Shown in pieces: positions 30,999-41,719 of a stretch of DNA of 64,000 nt. The translations under genes and the position numbers were made by a program. The DNA is taken from NCBI RefSeq assembly GCF_016775335.1, contig NZ_JAEUGJ010000010.1, one strand, 5' to 3'. Below the pieces are notes generated by a model. It was not told where the DNA came from, searched no databases, and saw only the letters and a program-made list of their open reading frames with translations. The stretch's first letter is position 1. The number at the start of each line of letters is the position of its first letter. This DNA comes from Mogibacterium sp. (GTDB taxonomy: Bacteria > Bacillota > Clostridia > Peptostreptococcales > Anaerovoracaceae).

Positions 30999-31418
30999 AT
31001 GGAAAGAAACCCATACGAGGAGTTCCTCGACCCTTCCGTGGAAGAATTGAATCGGACACGGAAGGATCGGGTGGCTGCCCGAAAGAAACAGAAGAAAGCG
31101 CAGAAGCGGGCCAACCGCCGAAAAGCGATGGCCTCCGGAAAGAAGCGGCGACGGAAACCCAACAAAGTGGTTTTGGTTCTGGTGGTTGTAATTGCAATCG
31201 GCCTGTTTGCTTCTGTACGGAACATCACCAAGCTTCAATCGGAGAATAAGCGATTGAAGAAGCAGAACCTGAAGCTTTCGGAAAAGCGGGACGACCTAAA
31301 AAAAGAATTGAAAAACGTGAACAGCCGGGAATATATTGAGAAGAGGGCCCGGGAGCAGCTTCGGCTGGTGAATCCCGGCGAGATTATTTTTACCTTCCCG
31401 GATGAAGACAAGGAATAG
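30999..31418 (+). CDS. Septum formation initiator (DivIC/FtsB family)
   Basis: Basic N-terminus, TM, coiled coil, EYIEKRAREQLRLVNPGE. Confidence 0.85.
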   Translation: MERNPYEEFLDPSVEELNRTRKDRVAARKKQKKAQKRANRRKAMASGKKRRRKPNKVVLVLVVVIAIGLFASVRNITKLQSENKRLKKQNLKLSEKRDDLKKELKNVNSREYIEKRAREQLRLVNPGEIIFTFPDEDKE

Positions 31419-31419
31419 A

Positions 31420-31977
31420 ATGAAGAAAATAGCGATAGACGAAGCCATAGTAGTAGAAGGAAGAGACGATGAGATTGCCCTGCTGAAAGCAGTGGATGCG
31501 TTGATCATAAAAACCCACGGATTCGGGATTCGGCAGGAAACCTGGACGCTGATGGAGAAGGCCTATCGGGAGAAGGGAATCATCGTATTTACGGATCCGG
31601 ATTTCTCCGGTGAGGAGATTCGGCGGAAGATTACCGCCCGCTTCCCGGAGGCGAAGCAGGCCTATCTGCCGTTGGAGGAAGCAACTCGGGACGGAGATAT
31701 CGGGGTGGAAAACGCATCCCCGGAAGCCATCATCCGGGCCCTGCAGAAGGTGCATTCCGGAACGGCGAAGAAGAATACGGAACCCATTACCATGGAGGAA
31801 CTGGAGCAGATGGGTTTATCGGGCGATGAAGGTTCCGCCGCACGCAGAGAAAAAGCGGCAGCGGTTCTCGGAATCGGCTATGGAAACAGCAAGACATTTC
31901 TGAAGAAGGTCAATGCTTTCGGCATTGATCGAGCTGCGCTGTTGGAGGCGCTGAACAAAGAGGGCAGAGTTGAGTAA
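31420..31977 (+). CDS. rnmV: Ribonuclease M5
   Basis: IVVEGRDD and FTDPDFSGEEIR Toprim motifs; precedes rsmA; start ATG 31420. Confidence 0.93.
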   Translation: MKKIAIDEAIVVEGRDDEIALLKAVDALIIKTHGFGIRQETWTLMEKAYREKGIIVFTDPDFSGEEIRRKITARFPEAKQAYLPLEEATRDGDIGVENASPEAIIRALQKVHSGTAKKNTEPITMEELEQMGLSGDEGSAARREKAAAVLGIGYGNSKTFLKKVNAFGIDRAALLEALNKEGRVE

Positions 31978-32833
31978 GAGTAAAAAGAAAAGTACAGGAT
32001 TTCATCATTCCAAGAAGCTGGGACAGAATTTTCTGACGGACCACGGAGTGGTGGAGGACATTGCCATTGGAAGTCTGGCAGATGAGGATACTTTGGTCAT
32101 CGAAATCGGCCCGGGGCAGGGCGTGCTGACCGACGAATTGATGAATTACGCCGGTGCGCTGATTGCGGTGGAACTGGATGACCGATTGATTCCGTATTTG
32201 AGAACCCGGTTTGCATTGAACGATCGGGTGGAAATCGTTCACGGGGATATTCTGGAAATCGACCTGGAAGAAATGGTTCGGGAAGGAAAGGAGAAGTTCG
32301 GTGTCTCCAAGGTGCAGGTGGTGGGAAACCTGCCGTACTACATCACCACTCCGATTATCATGAAGCTTCTGGAATCCGGAATTCCATTTGAAAACATCAC
32401 CATCATGATGCAGAAGGAAGTGGCGGAGCGGCTGATTGCCGAACCGGGAACCAAGAACACCGGGGCCATCACTTACGGTGTTCAATATCGATGCACCGTG
32501 GATAAGATCTGCGACGCCGATCGGAACTGCTTCGATCCGGCGCCGAAGGTGGATTCCGTCGTTCTGCGCTTGAACTTGCGGAAGGAACCGCCGGTCACCC
32601 CGGCCAGTGAAAAATTCTTTTTTCAGTGCATCAAGGCCGGTTTCATGATGCGCCGAAAAACATTGTTGAATTCGTTAACCGCACTGAATTCGCTGGATGC
32701 GTCCTATCATTTTGGGAAGGAAGGAATTCAGAAGGCTTTGGAGGAATGCGGGATTGACCCGAAACGCCGGGCGGAGAGCCTGACCATGGAGGAATTTTCC
32801 GAATTATCCGATGCAATTTGGAGGCAGAGATAG
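31970..32833 (+). CDS. rsmA: 16S rRNA dimethyladenosine transferase
   Basis: KKLGQNFL, EIGPGQG, NLPYYIT, MQKEVAER. Confidence 0.97.
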   Translation: MSKSKKKSTGFHHSKKLGQNFLTDHGVVEDIAIGSLADEDTLVIEIGPGQGVLTDELMNYAGALIAVELDDRLIPYLRTRFALNDRVEIVHGDILEIDLEEMVREGKEKFGVSKVQVVGNLPYYITTPIIMKLLESGIPFENITIMMQKEVAERLIAEPGTKNTGAITYGVQYRCTVDKICDADRNCFDPAPKVDSVVLRLNLRKEPPVTPASEKFFFQCIKAGFMMRRKTLLNSLTALNSLDASYHFGKEGIQKALEECGIDPKRRAESLTMEEFSELSDAIWRQR

Positions 32834-34954
32834 TTGATTAAGAATAAGTTGTTCAAGAAAAATCGTAAAGAGAAAAAGAATCCGGGGAAAATTCTTTCCA
32901 AGCTGATTGCGGCGAAGGACAAGATTCAGGCAAAGTTCCGGGAGAAATTCCCGAAGAAAAAGCCGAGATTCCACGATGCGGATATCCATGAGACGCGCTA
33001 CATCCTTCGGCTGGCAGCGATGTCCTTTCTTATGTATCTCTACATTGAGACTTTTGCAAGAGCCACCGACGGAATTTTCAACGGCGTGATGATGCTTTGG
33101 AAGCAGCCGGTGGTGTTCCTGTACAACTGGCTGATTATTTTCTCCACGCTGACACTGACGCTTCTGTTCCGGAAGCGGGGATTCGTCACGCTCCTCATCA
33201 TGATCATATGGGGCGCCTTGGGTACGGTGAACGGATGCATTCTGATTAAGCGAATGACTCCTTTTACCCTGTACGACATGCAGAACCTGGGCGACGGACT
33301 GACCCTGCTCACCACCTACTATTCGAAACTGCAGATTATTCTCGGATTTGCGGCATTGGCAGTCGGCGCTGCAATTATCATATTGTATTACATCAGCAGT
33401 TACCGATGGGACAATGTGAATTACAAAAGGAGTTTCGCTGTAGTCTTGGTTTCCGTAGCGGCAGCGATGGGAAGCACCTTCGGCCTAATCCGGCTGGGCA
33501 CCCTGTCCACCTTCTTCGGTAACTTGAACTATGCGTACACCGACTACGGATTCCCGTACTGCTTCATCAACACGTCCATCAACAAGGGCATTTCCAAGCC
33601 GACGGATTATTCCAAGAGCTCCATTCAGAAGATTTTGAAAAAGACGAAGAACGGAACAGATACCACGCCGACGAAGAAAGAGACGGACAATACCAAGCCG
33701 AACATCATCGTGCTTCAGATGGAATCCTTCGCTTATGCCCAGGATTTCCACAATATTAAGGTGTCCAACGACCCGACGCCGAATTTCACAAAATTAATGA
33801 AAGACTACACTTCCGGTTGGTTTGAGGTGCCGGCCTGCGGTGCAGGTACTGCCAATACGGAATTCGAAGTGCTGACGGGAATCAGTGCGAAGTTCTTCGG
33901 TCCGGGAGAATATCCGTACAAGGGTGAGCTCCGGAAGAAAACCCTGGAAAGCATGGCCTACGTATTGAAGAACAACGGTTATTCCACCTATGCGATGCAC
34001 GATCACCGGGCGCTGTTCTATAACCGAAACGAGGTATATGCGAACCTGGGATTCGACAGCTTCACCTCGGTGGAATACATGAACAACATCGAACTGACGC
34101 CAACCGGATGGGCACAGGATAAAACCATGACCGGTGACATCATGGACATCCTGACCAACACGAAAAATCCTTCTTTTATGCATATCATTTCCGTACAGGG
34201 ACACGGAAGTTACCCGACGGAGCAGGTATTTAAGGATCCGTACACCACGGTAACGGCGGATGACGAAGAGACCAAGTGGAAGTACGAATACTACGTAAAC
34301 GAAACGCATCAGATGGATACTTTTATCGGAGACCTTCTGAGCAAAATCAAGAAAAGCGGCGAGCCGACCATCGTGCTGATTTACGGCGATCATATTCCGG
34401 CGCTGGATGTGAAGAGTGGAGATTATGCAGACGGCAACCTGTATCAGACCCGGTATGTAATCTGGGACAACATCGGACTGTCGGAAAAAGATCGGAAGCT
34501 CTACTCGTATCAGGCCGGTGCCAAGCTCCTTCAGGATGCGGGGCTGTCCCACCAGGGTGTGCTCTTCGATTATCAGCAGAGCAATTCCCAGAAGTCGTCT
34601 GACTACCTGAGCGACCAGAAGGCACTGGCGTACGACATGCTGTACGGAAAGGATTACGTTTTCGGCGGAAAGAATCCGTACAAGCAGACCAAGATGCGCA
34701 TGGGATACAAGGATATTGAGATCGATAAGATCGTAAAAATCGGCGACGATTATTACATCAAAGGAAAGAACTTCACGGAGCGAAGCAAGATCAGCATGGA
34801 TGGGGAGACATTGAAAACCATCTACCTGAGTCCGACCTTGCTGGGACTTCAGGAGAAGATTGATCCGGAGGATGTGGACAAGCTGGAAGTGAGCCAGACG
34901 GACAAGAAGGACGATACCATTCTGTCCACCATCACCTCCCAGGAAGAGTTATAG
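32834..34954 (+). CDS. LTA synthase family (sulfatase-fold) membrane protein
   Basis: Several N-terminal TMs; [29 protein letters not shown]. Confidence 0.88.
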   Translation: MIKNKLFKKNRKEKKNPGKILSKLIAAKDKIQAKFREKFPKKKPRFHDADIHETRYILRLAAMSFLMYLYIETFARATDGIFNGVMMLWKQPVVFLYNWLIIFSTLTLTLLFRKRGFVTLLIMIIWGALGTVNGCILIKRMTPFTLYDMQNLGDGLTLLTTYYSKLQIILGFAALAVGAAIIILYYISSYRWDNVNYKRSFAVVLVSVAAAMGSTFGLIRLGTLSTFFGNLNYAYTDYGFPYCFINTSINKGISKPTDYSKSSIQKILKKTKNGTDTTPTKKETDNTKPNIIVLQMESFAYAQDFHNIKVSNDPTPNFTKLMKDYTSGWFEVPACGAGTANTEFEVLTGISAKFFGPGEYPYKGELRKKTLESMAYVLKNNGYSTYAMHDHRALFYNRNEVYANLGFDSFTSVEYMNNIELTPTGWAQDKTMTGDIMDILTNTKNPSFMHIISVQGHGSYPTEQVFKDPYTTVTADDEETKWKYEYYVNETHQMDTFIGDLLSKIKKSGEPTIVLIYGDHIPALDVKSGDYADGNLYQTRYVIWDNIGLSEKDRKLYSYQAGAKLLQDAGLSHQGVLFDYQQSNSQKSSDYLSDQKALAYDMLYGKDYVFGGKNPYKQTKMRMGYKDIEIDKIVKIGDDYYIKGKNFTERSKISMDGETLKTIYLSPTLLGLQEKIDPEDVDKLEVSQTDKKDDTILSTITSQEEL

Positions 34955-34974
34955 TTTGCAGTAAAAGGATTATC

Positions 34975-36192
34975 ATGAGAGAAAATAACACAGAAGAAAA
35001 AGAAATATCGCAGGAGACGTCCGCAGGGAATAGCGAGAATCGTGATGCAGGGGAGAAAACCTACAGTCCGGAAGAACGACCGGAGATGGAGGGAATTCTG
35101 GAAATCGCAGAAGGGGGCTTCGGCTTCCTTCGGTTCAACAATTTCCTGTCCTCAGAGAAGGACATCTACGTGTCGCCAACCCAAATTCGGCGCTTCGGCC
35201 TTCGGACCGGAGACAAGATTCGGGGAATTACCCGTCTGCCGAATGAAGGGGAACGGAACGGTGCCCTGCTGTACGTGCTGACGGTAAACGGAAATCGCCC
35301 GGTGAACACCAGACGGCGTCCCCACTTCGATCAGCTGACGCCGATATTCCCGAACGAGCGGATTTCGCTGGAGGATTCCAGCATCGAGATTTCCACCCGG
35401 ATTATCGATTTGGTGGCTCCGATCGGAAAAGGACAGAGAGCACTGATTGTGGCACAGCCAAAGGCGGGAAAAACCGTGCTCCTGAAGAAGATTGCTCAGA
35501 CCATCGAAAAGAAATATCCGAAGATGGAGCAGATTGTGCTTCTGGTGGACGAACGGCCGGAGGAAGTAACGGATATGAAGGAATCTCTGGAGCGTTCCGA
35601 GGTCATCTATTCCACCTTCGATGAGTTGCCGGCCCATCACATCAAGGTGGCGGAGATGGTCATCCAGAGAGCGAAGCGATTGGCGGAGGAAGGTCAGGAT
35701 GTGGTAATCTTGCTGGACAGCATCACCCGACTGGCAAGAGCCTATAACATGGAAGTACCGTCCTCCGGAAGAACGCTTTCCGGTGGACTGGATCCGGGAG
35801 CGCTGCATCCGCCGAAGAAATTTTTCGGTGCGGCTCGAAACATCAAAGAGGGCGGAAGCATCACCATCCTGGCGACCGCACTGGTGGAAACGGGAAGCCG
35901 GATGGACGATGTCATCTACGAGGAGTTCAAGGGTACCGGCAACATGGAACTTCACCTGGATCGAAAGCTGAGTGAGCGAAGAATTTTCCCGGCTATCGAT
36001 TTGTACAAATCCGGAACGCGGCGGGAGGATCTGCTGCTGACACCGGAGGAGTTCACTGCCATGTACATGATTCGTCGGGAAATGTCCAACGGCAGCGTGG
36101 CGGAGATTACGGAAGATATCATCGACGATATGACCCACACGAAGAACAATCACGACTTCGTAGAGCTGGTTACCCGGAAACTGTACCGATAA
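34975..36192 (+). CDS. rho: Transcription termination factor Rho
   Basis: [44 protein letters not shown]. Confidence 0.97.
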   Translation: MRENNTEEKEISQETSAGNSENRDAGEKTYSPEERPEMEGILEIAEGGFGFLRFNNFLSSEKDIYVSPTQIRRFGLRTGDKIRGITRLPNEGERNGALLYVLTVNGNRPVNTRRRPHFDQLTPIFPNERISLEDSSIEISTRIIDLVAPIGKGQRALIVAQPKAGKTVLLKKIAQTIEKKYPKMEQIVLLVDERPEEVTDMKESLERSEVIYSTFDELPAHHIKVAEMVIQRAKRLAEEGQDVVILLDSITRLARAYNMEVPSSGRTLSGGLDPGALHPPKKFFGAARNIKEGGSITILATALVETGSRMDDVIYEEFKGTGNMELHLDRKLSERRIFPAIDLYKSGTRREDLLLTPEEFTAMYMIRREMSNGSVAEITEDIIDDMTHTKNNHDFVELVTRKLYR

Positions 36193-36226
36193 ATTCTTCA
36201 AGAAATAGGAAAGAGAAGCACAACAA

Positions 36227-38197
36227 TTGGACTATAAGAAGATATTCATTAAAGAAGCCTGCCCTACATCCATCGGAGGACAGGCGATTATGGAAGGCGT
36301 TATGATGCGGGGGGCAGATCGCACGGCGATTGCCATGCGGCTTCCCGGAGATGAAATCTATCTGCGGACAAAGAAGCTGAAGCCGGCGGGAAAGCTTCGG
36401 AAAATTCCGATTCTCCGGGGCATAATTTCCTTCGCGGATTCCCTGTTTACGGGAATGGGCACCTTGATGGAATCGGCGGACATTCTGGAAGAGAACTTCC
36501 CGGAAGAGGATTGGGGAGAACCCTCGGCGCTGGAACAGAAAATCAACAACCGCTTCGGGGAGAAGGCAGCATGGAATGCGATGCTGTTCCTTTCGGTACT
36601 CTTTGCGGTGGTACTCTCCATCGGTATTTTCGTCATCTTTCCCACCATTGCCATCAACTGGCTGGGGAAGTGGATTTCCAACAGCATCGTGTTGAATCTG
36701 TGCGAAGGAATATTTCGAATTATATTGTTCGTTCTGTACATCTATTTGATATCGCGGATGAAAGACATCCAGACCCTGTTTCAATACCACGGGTCGGAAC
36801 ACAAAACCATCCACTGCTTCGAAAACGGCCTGGAACTGACGCCGGCCAATGCCCAACAGTTCTACACGCTGCATCCTCGCTGCGGAACCAGCTTCCTGAT
36901 TTTCGTCATGATTATCAGTCTGCTGTTGTTCTCATTCTTGGGGTGGCCTAACGTGTGGATGCGCATCGCCTCTCGAATCCTTCTGATTCCGGTCATTGCG
37001 GGACTGAGCTATGAGGTGCTGCGGCTGGCGGGAAAGAGCGACAACGTCGTAGTTCGGGTGCTGAGCTATCCGGGCTTGATGATGCAGAAGCTCACCACAA
37101 AGGAGCCGACGGATCACCAGTTGGAAATCGCCATCGTGGCCCTGAAGGCGGTGCTGGTGGATGCCGATGCGCCGGTAATCGACGGTGTGGTGGATACGGA
37201 TGCCAAACTGATTGTGAAGGAAAACGAGGAATCGAAAGAATCGGAAGGGTCAGATGAGCCGGAAACGAACGACGTGCCTGAAAAAGAAGAGGACAACGAA
37301 ACCTACGTTCCCGGAATTCGGTATGATTCCGACGATGCTACGCTGGGGAATCTGCTGCACTGGGGCAAGAGCTGTCTCTCCATGGTGGAGAACGGCGCCA
37401 ACGAAGCGCAGGAAATTCTACAGTATATTCTGGGATATACCCGGACGGATTTGATTCTGCGGGACAAAGAGGTGCTGCGGGAGGATGACCGGAAGGAGTA
37501 CGAGCGGCGCATCGAGATGCGGCTCAGCGGGACTCCGCTGCAGTACATCACCGGCGTGCAGGAATTTATGGGATTGATGTTCCGGGTGAACCCGGACGTG
37601 CTGATTCCAAGGCTGGATACCGAGGTGCTGGTGGATCAGGCTATCGGAATTCTGAAGGCGAAGGAATGGGAGAATCCTTTTATTCTGGATATGTGCACCG
37701 GAAGCGGTGCCATTGGCGTGACCATGGCCCATGAATTTCCGGATGCGGAAGTGACGATGACGGATGTGAGCCCGAAGGCGCTGAGTACGGCAATGGGGAA
37801 TGCGCAGATCAACGATGTGTTCTCCCGGTGTATTTTCCTACAGGGAGATATGTTCGATGCGATTCCGGAGCAGAAGCGCTTCGATATGATTCTCAGCAAT
37901 CCGCCGTATATTGAAAGCGATGTCATCGAGACGTTGTCCACGGAGGTGAAGGACCATGAGCCGAGACTGGCGCTGGACGGCGGAGCGGACGGATTGACGT
38001 TCTACCGCATCCTGGCGGAAAATGCGGAGAAGCATCTGGCGGACGGTGGATACCTGATGATGGAAATCGGCTGCGATCAGGGCGAGGCGGTTCGTCAATT
38101 ATTGGAAGAAAATGAAAATTACAGCACGGCAGTGGTGCTGCAGGATCTAAATCATTTGGATCGAATTGTGATAGCGGAAAGGAAGGGACGAGAATGA
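36227..38197 (+). CDS. prmC: DUF1385 (YqhQ-like) membrane domain fused to release-factor glutamine methyltransferase PrmC
   Basis: N-half IGGQAIMEGVMMR, YHGSEHK, HPRCGTSF; acidic linker; C-half PLQYITG, LIPRLDTE, LDMCTGSG, SNPPYI, ALDGGADGL. One uninterrupted frame. Confidence 0.88.
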   Translation: MDYKKIFIKEACPTSIGGQAIMEGVMMRGADRTAIAMRLPGDEIYLRTKKLKPAGKLRKIPILRGIISFADSLFTGMGTLMESADILEENFPEEDWGEPSALEQKINNRFGEKAAWNAMLFLSVLFAVVLSIGIFVIFPTIAINWLGKWISNSIVLNLCEGIFRIILFVLYIYLISRMKDIQTLFQYHGSEHKTIHCFENGLELTPANAQQFYTLHPRCGTSFLIFVMIISLLLFSFLGWPNVWMRIASRILLIPVIAGLSYEVLRLAGKSDNVVVRVLSYPGLMMQKLTTKEPTDHQLEIAIVALKAVLVDADAPVIDGVVDTDAKLIVKENEESKESEGSDEPETNDVPEKEEDNETYVPGIRYDSDDATLGNLLHWGKSCLSMVENGANEAQEILQYILGYTRTDLILRDKEVLREDDRKEYERRIEMRLSGTPLQYITGVQEFMGLMFRVNPDVLIPRLDTEVLVDQAIGILKAKEWENPFILDMCTGSGAIGVTMAHEFPDAEVTMTDVSPKALSTAMGNAQINDVFSRCIFLQGDMFDAIPEQKRFDMILSNPPYIESDVIETLSTEVKDHEPRLALDGGADGLTFYRILAENAEKHLADGGYLMMEIGCDQGEAVRQLLEENENYSTAVVLQDLNHLDRIVIAERKGRE

Positions 38198-39267
38198 ATC
38201 TAGCAGTTATTTTTGGGGGAAAATCTGATGAGCATGAGGTGTCCAGAAACTCGGCGGTCAATGTGCTGACGGCTTTGGAGGAGAGCGGCCACGATGTACT
38301 GGTGGTCGGAATTACCAAGGCGGGACGCTGGTACGCGACCAAGGCTTCCCATGAAGAAATCGCCAATGGGGATTGGGAAAAAAGAACGGATAACCGTCAG
38401 GCGGTCATTCCGGCGGACCCGGTAGCTCACGGTTTCCTGATTTTTGACGAAGCCGACCACGCTGAGCTTCACCGAATCGACTGCATCATTCCGGTGCTCC
38501 ACGGCGACCACGGAGAGGACGGAGATATTCAGGGCCTGTTCGAGCTGGCGGAGATTCCGTACTGCGGACCGGGCGTTCGTGCATCGGCCAATGCCATGGA
38601 CAAATCCGTGACCAAGAAGCTAGCCGCGGTGACCGGTGTGGATATGGCCAAGTATTGTGTACTGAAGAAATATGAATACGACAAGAATCCGGAGGAACAG
38701 ATTGCCCGCGCTCTGGCAGTGGACGACGGAAACTTCCCGCTTTTCGTAAAACCTTCTTCTGCCGGATCCTCTGTGGGTGCCCACAAGGTGAAGAAGGCGG
38801 AAGACCTTCGCCCGGCCATTGAGGATGCGTTCCTGTATGACGACAAGGTTCTGGTGGAAGAGATGATTGCCGGCCGGGAAATCGAGGTGGCACTTCTGGG
38901 CAACGAGGAGCCGAAGGCTTCCTGCGTGGGAGAGATTCTGTCCGCCGACGAATTCTACGATTACGATGCGAAGTACAACAATCCGGAATCCCGGACACGG
39001 GTCATCGACGATCTTCCGGAGGAAACCCTGAATCAGGTTCGGAACTACGCGGTGGAGATTTTCAAAGCACTGGACTGCAGAGGCCTGTCCCGCTGCGATT
39101 TCTTCTACAGCAACGACGGAAGAATCGTGTTCAACGAGATCAACACCCTTCCGGGCTTCACCAACATCAGCATGTATCCGCAGCTCTGGGCAGCCATGGG
39201 CAAACCGGCACCGCAGCTGCTGGAGGAATTGATTCAGCTGGCTTTGGAAGAGCATCAGTGGAACTAA
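38194..39267 (+). CDS. ddl: D-alanine--D-alanine ligase
   Basis: FGGKSDEHEVS, LHGDHGEDG, GSSVG, FYDYDAKY omega loop, NEINTLPGFT. Confidence 0.94.
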   Translation: MNLAVIFGGKSDEHEVSRNSAVNVLTALEESGHDVLVVGITKAGRWYATKASHEEIANGDWEKRTDNRQAVIPADPVAHGFLIFDEADHAELHRIDCIIPVLHGDHGEDGDIQGLFELAEIPYCGPGVRASANAMDKSVTKKLAAVTGVDMAKYCVLKKYEYDKNPEEQIARALAVDDGNFPLFVKPSSAGSSVGAHKVKKAEDLRPAIEDAFLYDDKVLVEEMIAGREIEVALLGNEEPKASCVGEILSADEFYDYDAKYNNPESRTRVIDDLPEETLNQVRNYAVEIFKALDCRGLSRCDFFYSNDGRIVFNEINTLPGFTNISMYPQLWAAMGKPAPQLLEELIQLALEEHQWN

Positions 39268-39363
39268 TAAAAAAAGAGCACGCAAACCCGCAGTTGTCCG
39301 ACGCGGCGCTGCGTGCTTTTGCATAGATATATCGTTTTCATTGCATAAAATGGGGGATGCAAG

Positions 39364-40275
39364 ATGGGAGTAAATAGAAGATTTGTGGATTTGCACATGC
39401 ATTCCACGGCGTCCGACGGAACGACGCCGCCGGAAAAGCTGATTGAAATTGCCCGGGCGGAAGTGACCCTAGGTCTGTCGGAGGGGTGGATTTCAGAAGA
39501 ACCGCAGGAATACATTATGGCTCTGACGGACCACGACACGCTGGCGGGAATTCCGGCATTGGAGAAAGCGGCACGGGAATTCGAAAACGTACGAATCATT
39601 CCCGGTGTAGAGATTTCCTCGGATTACCAAGGACATGAAATTCACATCCTAGGTTACAATGTGGATTCGGAGAATGATGAACTGCAGTCCGGACTGGAAT
39701 ATTACCGAGGCGAACGGCAGCGCAGGAACTGGCGGATTCTGGGGAAATTTCGAGATATGGGAATTTCGATTCCGGAAGAGGAGCTGAGCACGCGGGAAAA
39801 CGAAGCGGTGGGCAGGCCCCACATTGCTCGGTGGCTGGTTCGGCACCGTTATGCCGCATCCATTCGGGATGCTTTTGACCGATTCCTGAATCCGGGAGAG
39901 CCCTGCTACGTTAACCGGGAGAAGGCGCCGGCGAAGGAGTGCATACAGCTGATTCGAAACGCCGGCGGTATTCCGGTATTAGCCCACCCGGTGCGGTATC
40001 GCTTCCTGAGCCATCCGGAACTGGAGACAATGATTCGCCGGTTCACGGAAGATGGTCTGCAAGGGGTAGAGACTTACTACACGGAAAACCGACCGGCGGA
40101 TACTCGGTACCTGGAAGCGCTGTCCGAAAAGTACCGTCTGATTCGCACCGGCGGTTCGGATTACCACGGCAAGAATAAGCCGAATCACCATATGGGCTAC
40201 GGCCATGGAAACTTGGGGGAAACTATGGAGCGGATTCAGGTGAAAGCAGTTTTTAATAAAAGTCAGTGCGATTAA
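39364..40275 (+). CDS. PHP domain phosphoesterase
   Basis: DLHMHSTASDG, LTDHD, GVEIS, LAHP, GGSDYHG. Confidence 0.9.
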   Translation: MGVNRRFVDLHMHSTASDGTTPPEKLIEIARAEVTLGLSEGWISEEPQEYIMALTDHDTLAGIPALEKAAREFENVRIIPGVEISSDYQGHEIHILGYNVDSENDELQSGLEYYRGERQRRNWRILGKFRDMGISIPEEELSTRENEAVGRPHIARWLVRHRYAASIRDAFDRFLNPGEPCYVNREKAPAKECIQLIRNAGGIPVLAHPVRYRFLSHPELETMIRRFTEDGLQGVETYYTENRPADTRYLEALSEKYRLIRTGGSDYHGKNKPNHHMGYGHGNLGETMERIQVKAVFNKSQCD

Positions 40276-40295
40276 ACGGAGTCATAAGGAAAGTA

Positions 40296-40712
40296 ATGAA
40301 TGAATTAATTATTGAGACAATTCATAAATATGAAAAACCGGGAGATTTTACACATGCGGAGGTTACTGACGAAATGATTGCAAACGCCGAGGCAATTCTA
40401 AATATTAAACTTCCCGAACAGTATATCACTTTTTTAAAAATGTATGGTCATGGTGGTATTGGCGGTCTGGAAGTGATGGGATTTGGTTTAACCGGTCGTA
40501 TGATTTTTGTTGATGCTACATTGGACTATCGAGAAGATGATTTACCGGAAAATCTGGTTGTTATTGAAAATGTAGATGAATGGTTGACATGCATTGATTG
40601 TGATACCGGAAAAATTGTATCCTGGGATTTCAGCGGGTATATAAAAGAAGATTTTGACGATTTTGATGAGTATCTAATTAGTCAAATGAATGACGTTATA
40701 GAAAATATGTAG
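40296..40712 (+). CDS. SMI1/KNR4 (SUKH) family immunity-type protein
   Basis: IANAEAILNIKLPEQYITFLKMYG, CIDCDTGKIVSWD, FDEYL; AT-rich relative to neighbours; start ATG 40296. Confidence 0.82.
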   Translation: MNELIIETIHKYEKPGDFTHAEVTDEMIANAEAILNIKLPEQYITFLKMYGHGGIGGLEVMGFGLTGRMIFVDATLDYREDDLPENLVVIENVDEWLTCIDCDTGKIVSWDFSGYIKEDFDDFDEYLISQMNDVIENM

Positions 40713-40819
40713 TTCAAGTATAATGGCGCTATTCTAGGAGTATGAAATCTCATGCACCTAGAATAATGAAGGCGATTCACGCCTTTTCAAAGGGCATGTT
40801 TATGTCAATCATACCTATT

Positions 40820-40860
40820 AATATCTCCATCATTTCAAGTAAAATGATGGAGATATTTTT
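40820..40860. terminator. Terminator hairpin between the SMI1 gene and the convergent folate operon
   Basis: AATATCTCCATCATTT-caagta-AAATGATGGAGATATT plus T run. Confidence 0.75.
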
Positions 40861-40911
40861 ATTTTGATGGAGATTCAGGAACAGAAAAAACTGAAGTACC
40901 CTTAATTCAGA

Positions 40912-41718
40912 TTACAGTTCCACCATTCGCTTCTTCAGCACCGGATGCATCTTGTACGGAGCCAGTTCCTTCATGGGTTCGATGACGAAAGAGCGGTTGT
41001 GCATGTCCACGTGGGGGATACACAGATCGTCGTCGGACATCACCAGGTCATCGTAGAAGATGATGTCCAGATCCAGAGTTCTCGGGCCCCAATGAATGAT
41101 TCGCTCCCGTCCGGCTTCCGCCTCGATGCGGTGAAGCTCATCCAGAAGTTCGTGTGGGGTGAGCAGGGTGGTGATTCGAGCGGCGCCGTTCAGGAAGGAC
41201 GGCTGGTCCGTTACGCCGTACGGTTCCGTCTCGATCAAGGTAGAAACCGCTTCCACCTGAATGCCGGCCGTGGCATCCATTTTGGCCACCGCATCTTCAA
41301 TCAGCGCCCGGGAGTCGCCCAGGTTGGAACCCAGTGCGACGAACACCTCGTGGCGTCTGCGTTCGCAGCTCACCGCAACGGTGCGGAGAGGCAGGCCCAC
41401 CGGCGCCCAGGGTTTACTGATTTCAATCCACACGCCGCGGATGCGTTCATCCATCTCCAGCACGGCTTTGGCAACGTGCTCGGCGCAGGCTTCAATCAGG
41501 TTAAAAGTATTCTCGGTCATGACCTGCTTAATCCGCTGGGAGACTTCCGCGTAGTTGACGGAATCCTCGATGCGGTCGGAAAGACCGGCCGGCCGGATGT
41601 CCACCTCCATCTCGCAGGATACGAGGAACTTCTGTCCCAGAACGTTCTCCTCCGGGAGCACCCCGTGATTGGCGAAAATCTCCAGCCCTTCGATTCGAAT
41701 AGTATCTTTTCTGTGCAT
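40912..41718 (-). CDS. folK: Bifunctional dihydroneopterin aldolase / HPPK (FolB-FolK)
   Basis: ANHGVLPEE and SVNYA (FolB); ALGSNLG, FLNGA, WGPRTLDLDI (FolK). Confidence 0.94.
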   Translation of the reverse strand: MHRKDTIRIEGLEIFANHGVLPEENVLGQKFLVSCEMEVDIRPAGLSDRIEDSVNYAEVSQRIKQVMTENTFNLIEACAEHVAKAVLEMDERIRGVWIEISKPWAPVGLPLRTVAVSCERRRHEVFVALGSNLGDSRALIEDAVAKMDATAGIQVEAVSTLIETEPYGVTDQPSFLNGAARITTLLTPHELLDELHRIEAEAGRERIIHWGPRTLDLDIIFYDDLVMSDDDLCIPHVDMHNRSFVIEPMKELAPYKMHPVLKKRMVEL

Positions 41719-41719
41719 T

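Noticed and set aside
38194..39267. Vancomycin-resistance ligase (VanA/B/G type)
   Set aside because: The omega loop FYDYDAKY is the D-Ala-D-Ala type and no van accessory or regulatory genes are nearby.
40742..40906. Possible 54-aa ORF after the SMI1 gene
   Set aside because: RBS spacing is too short, it runs through a strong terminator hairpin, and it has no recognisable features.
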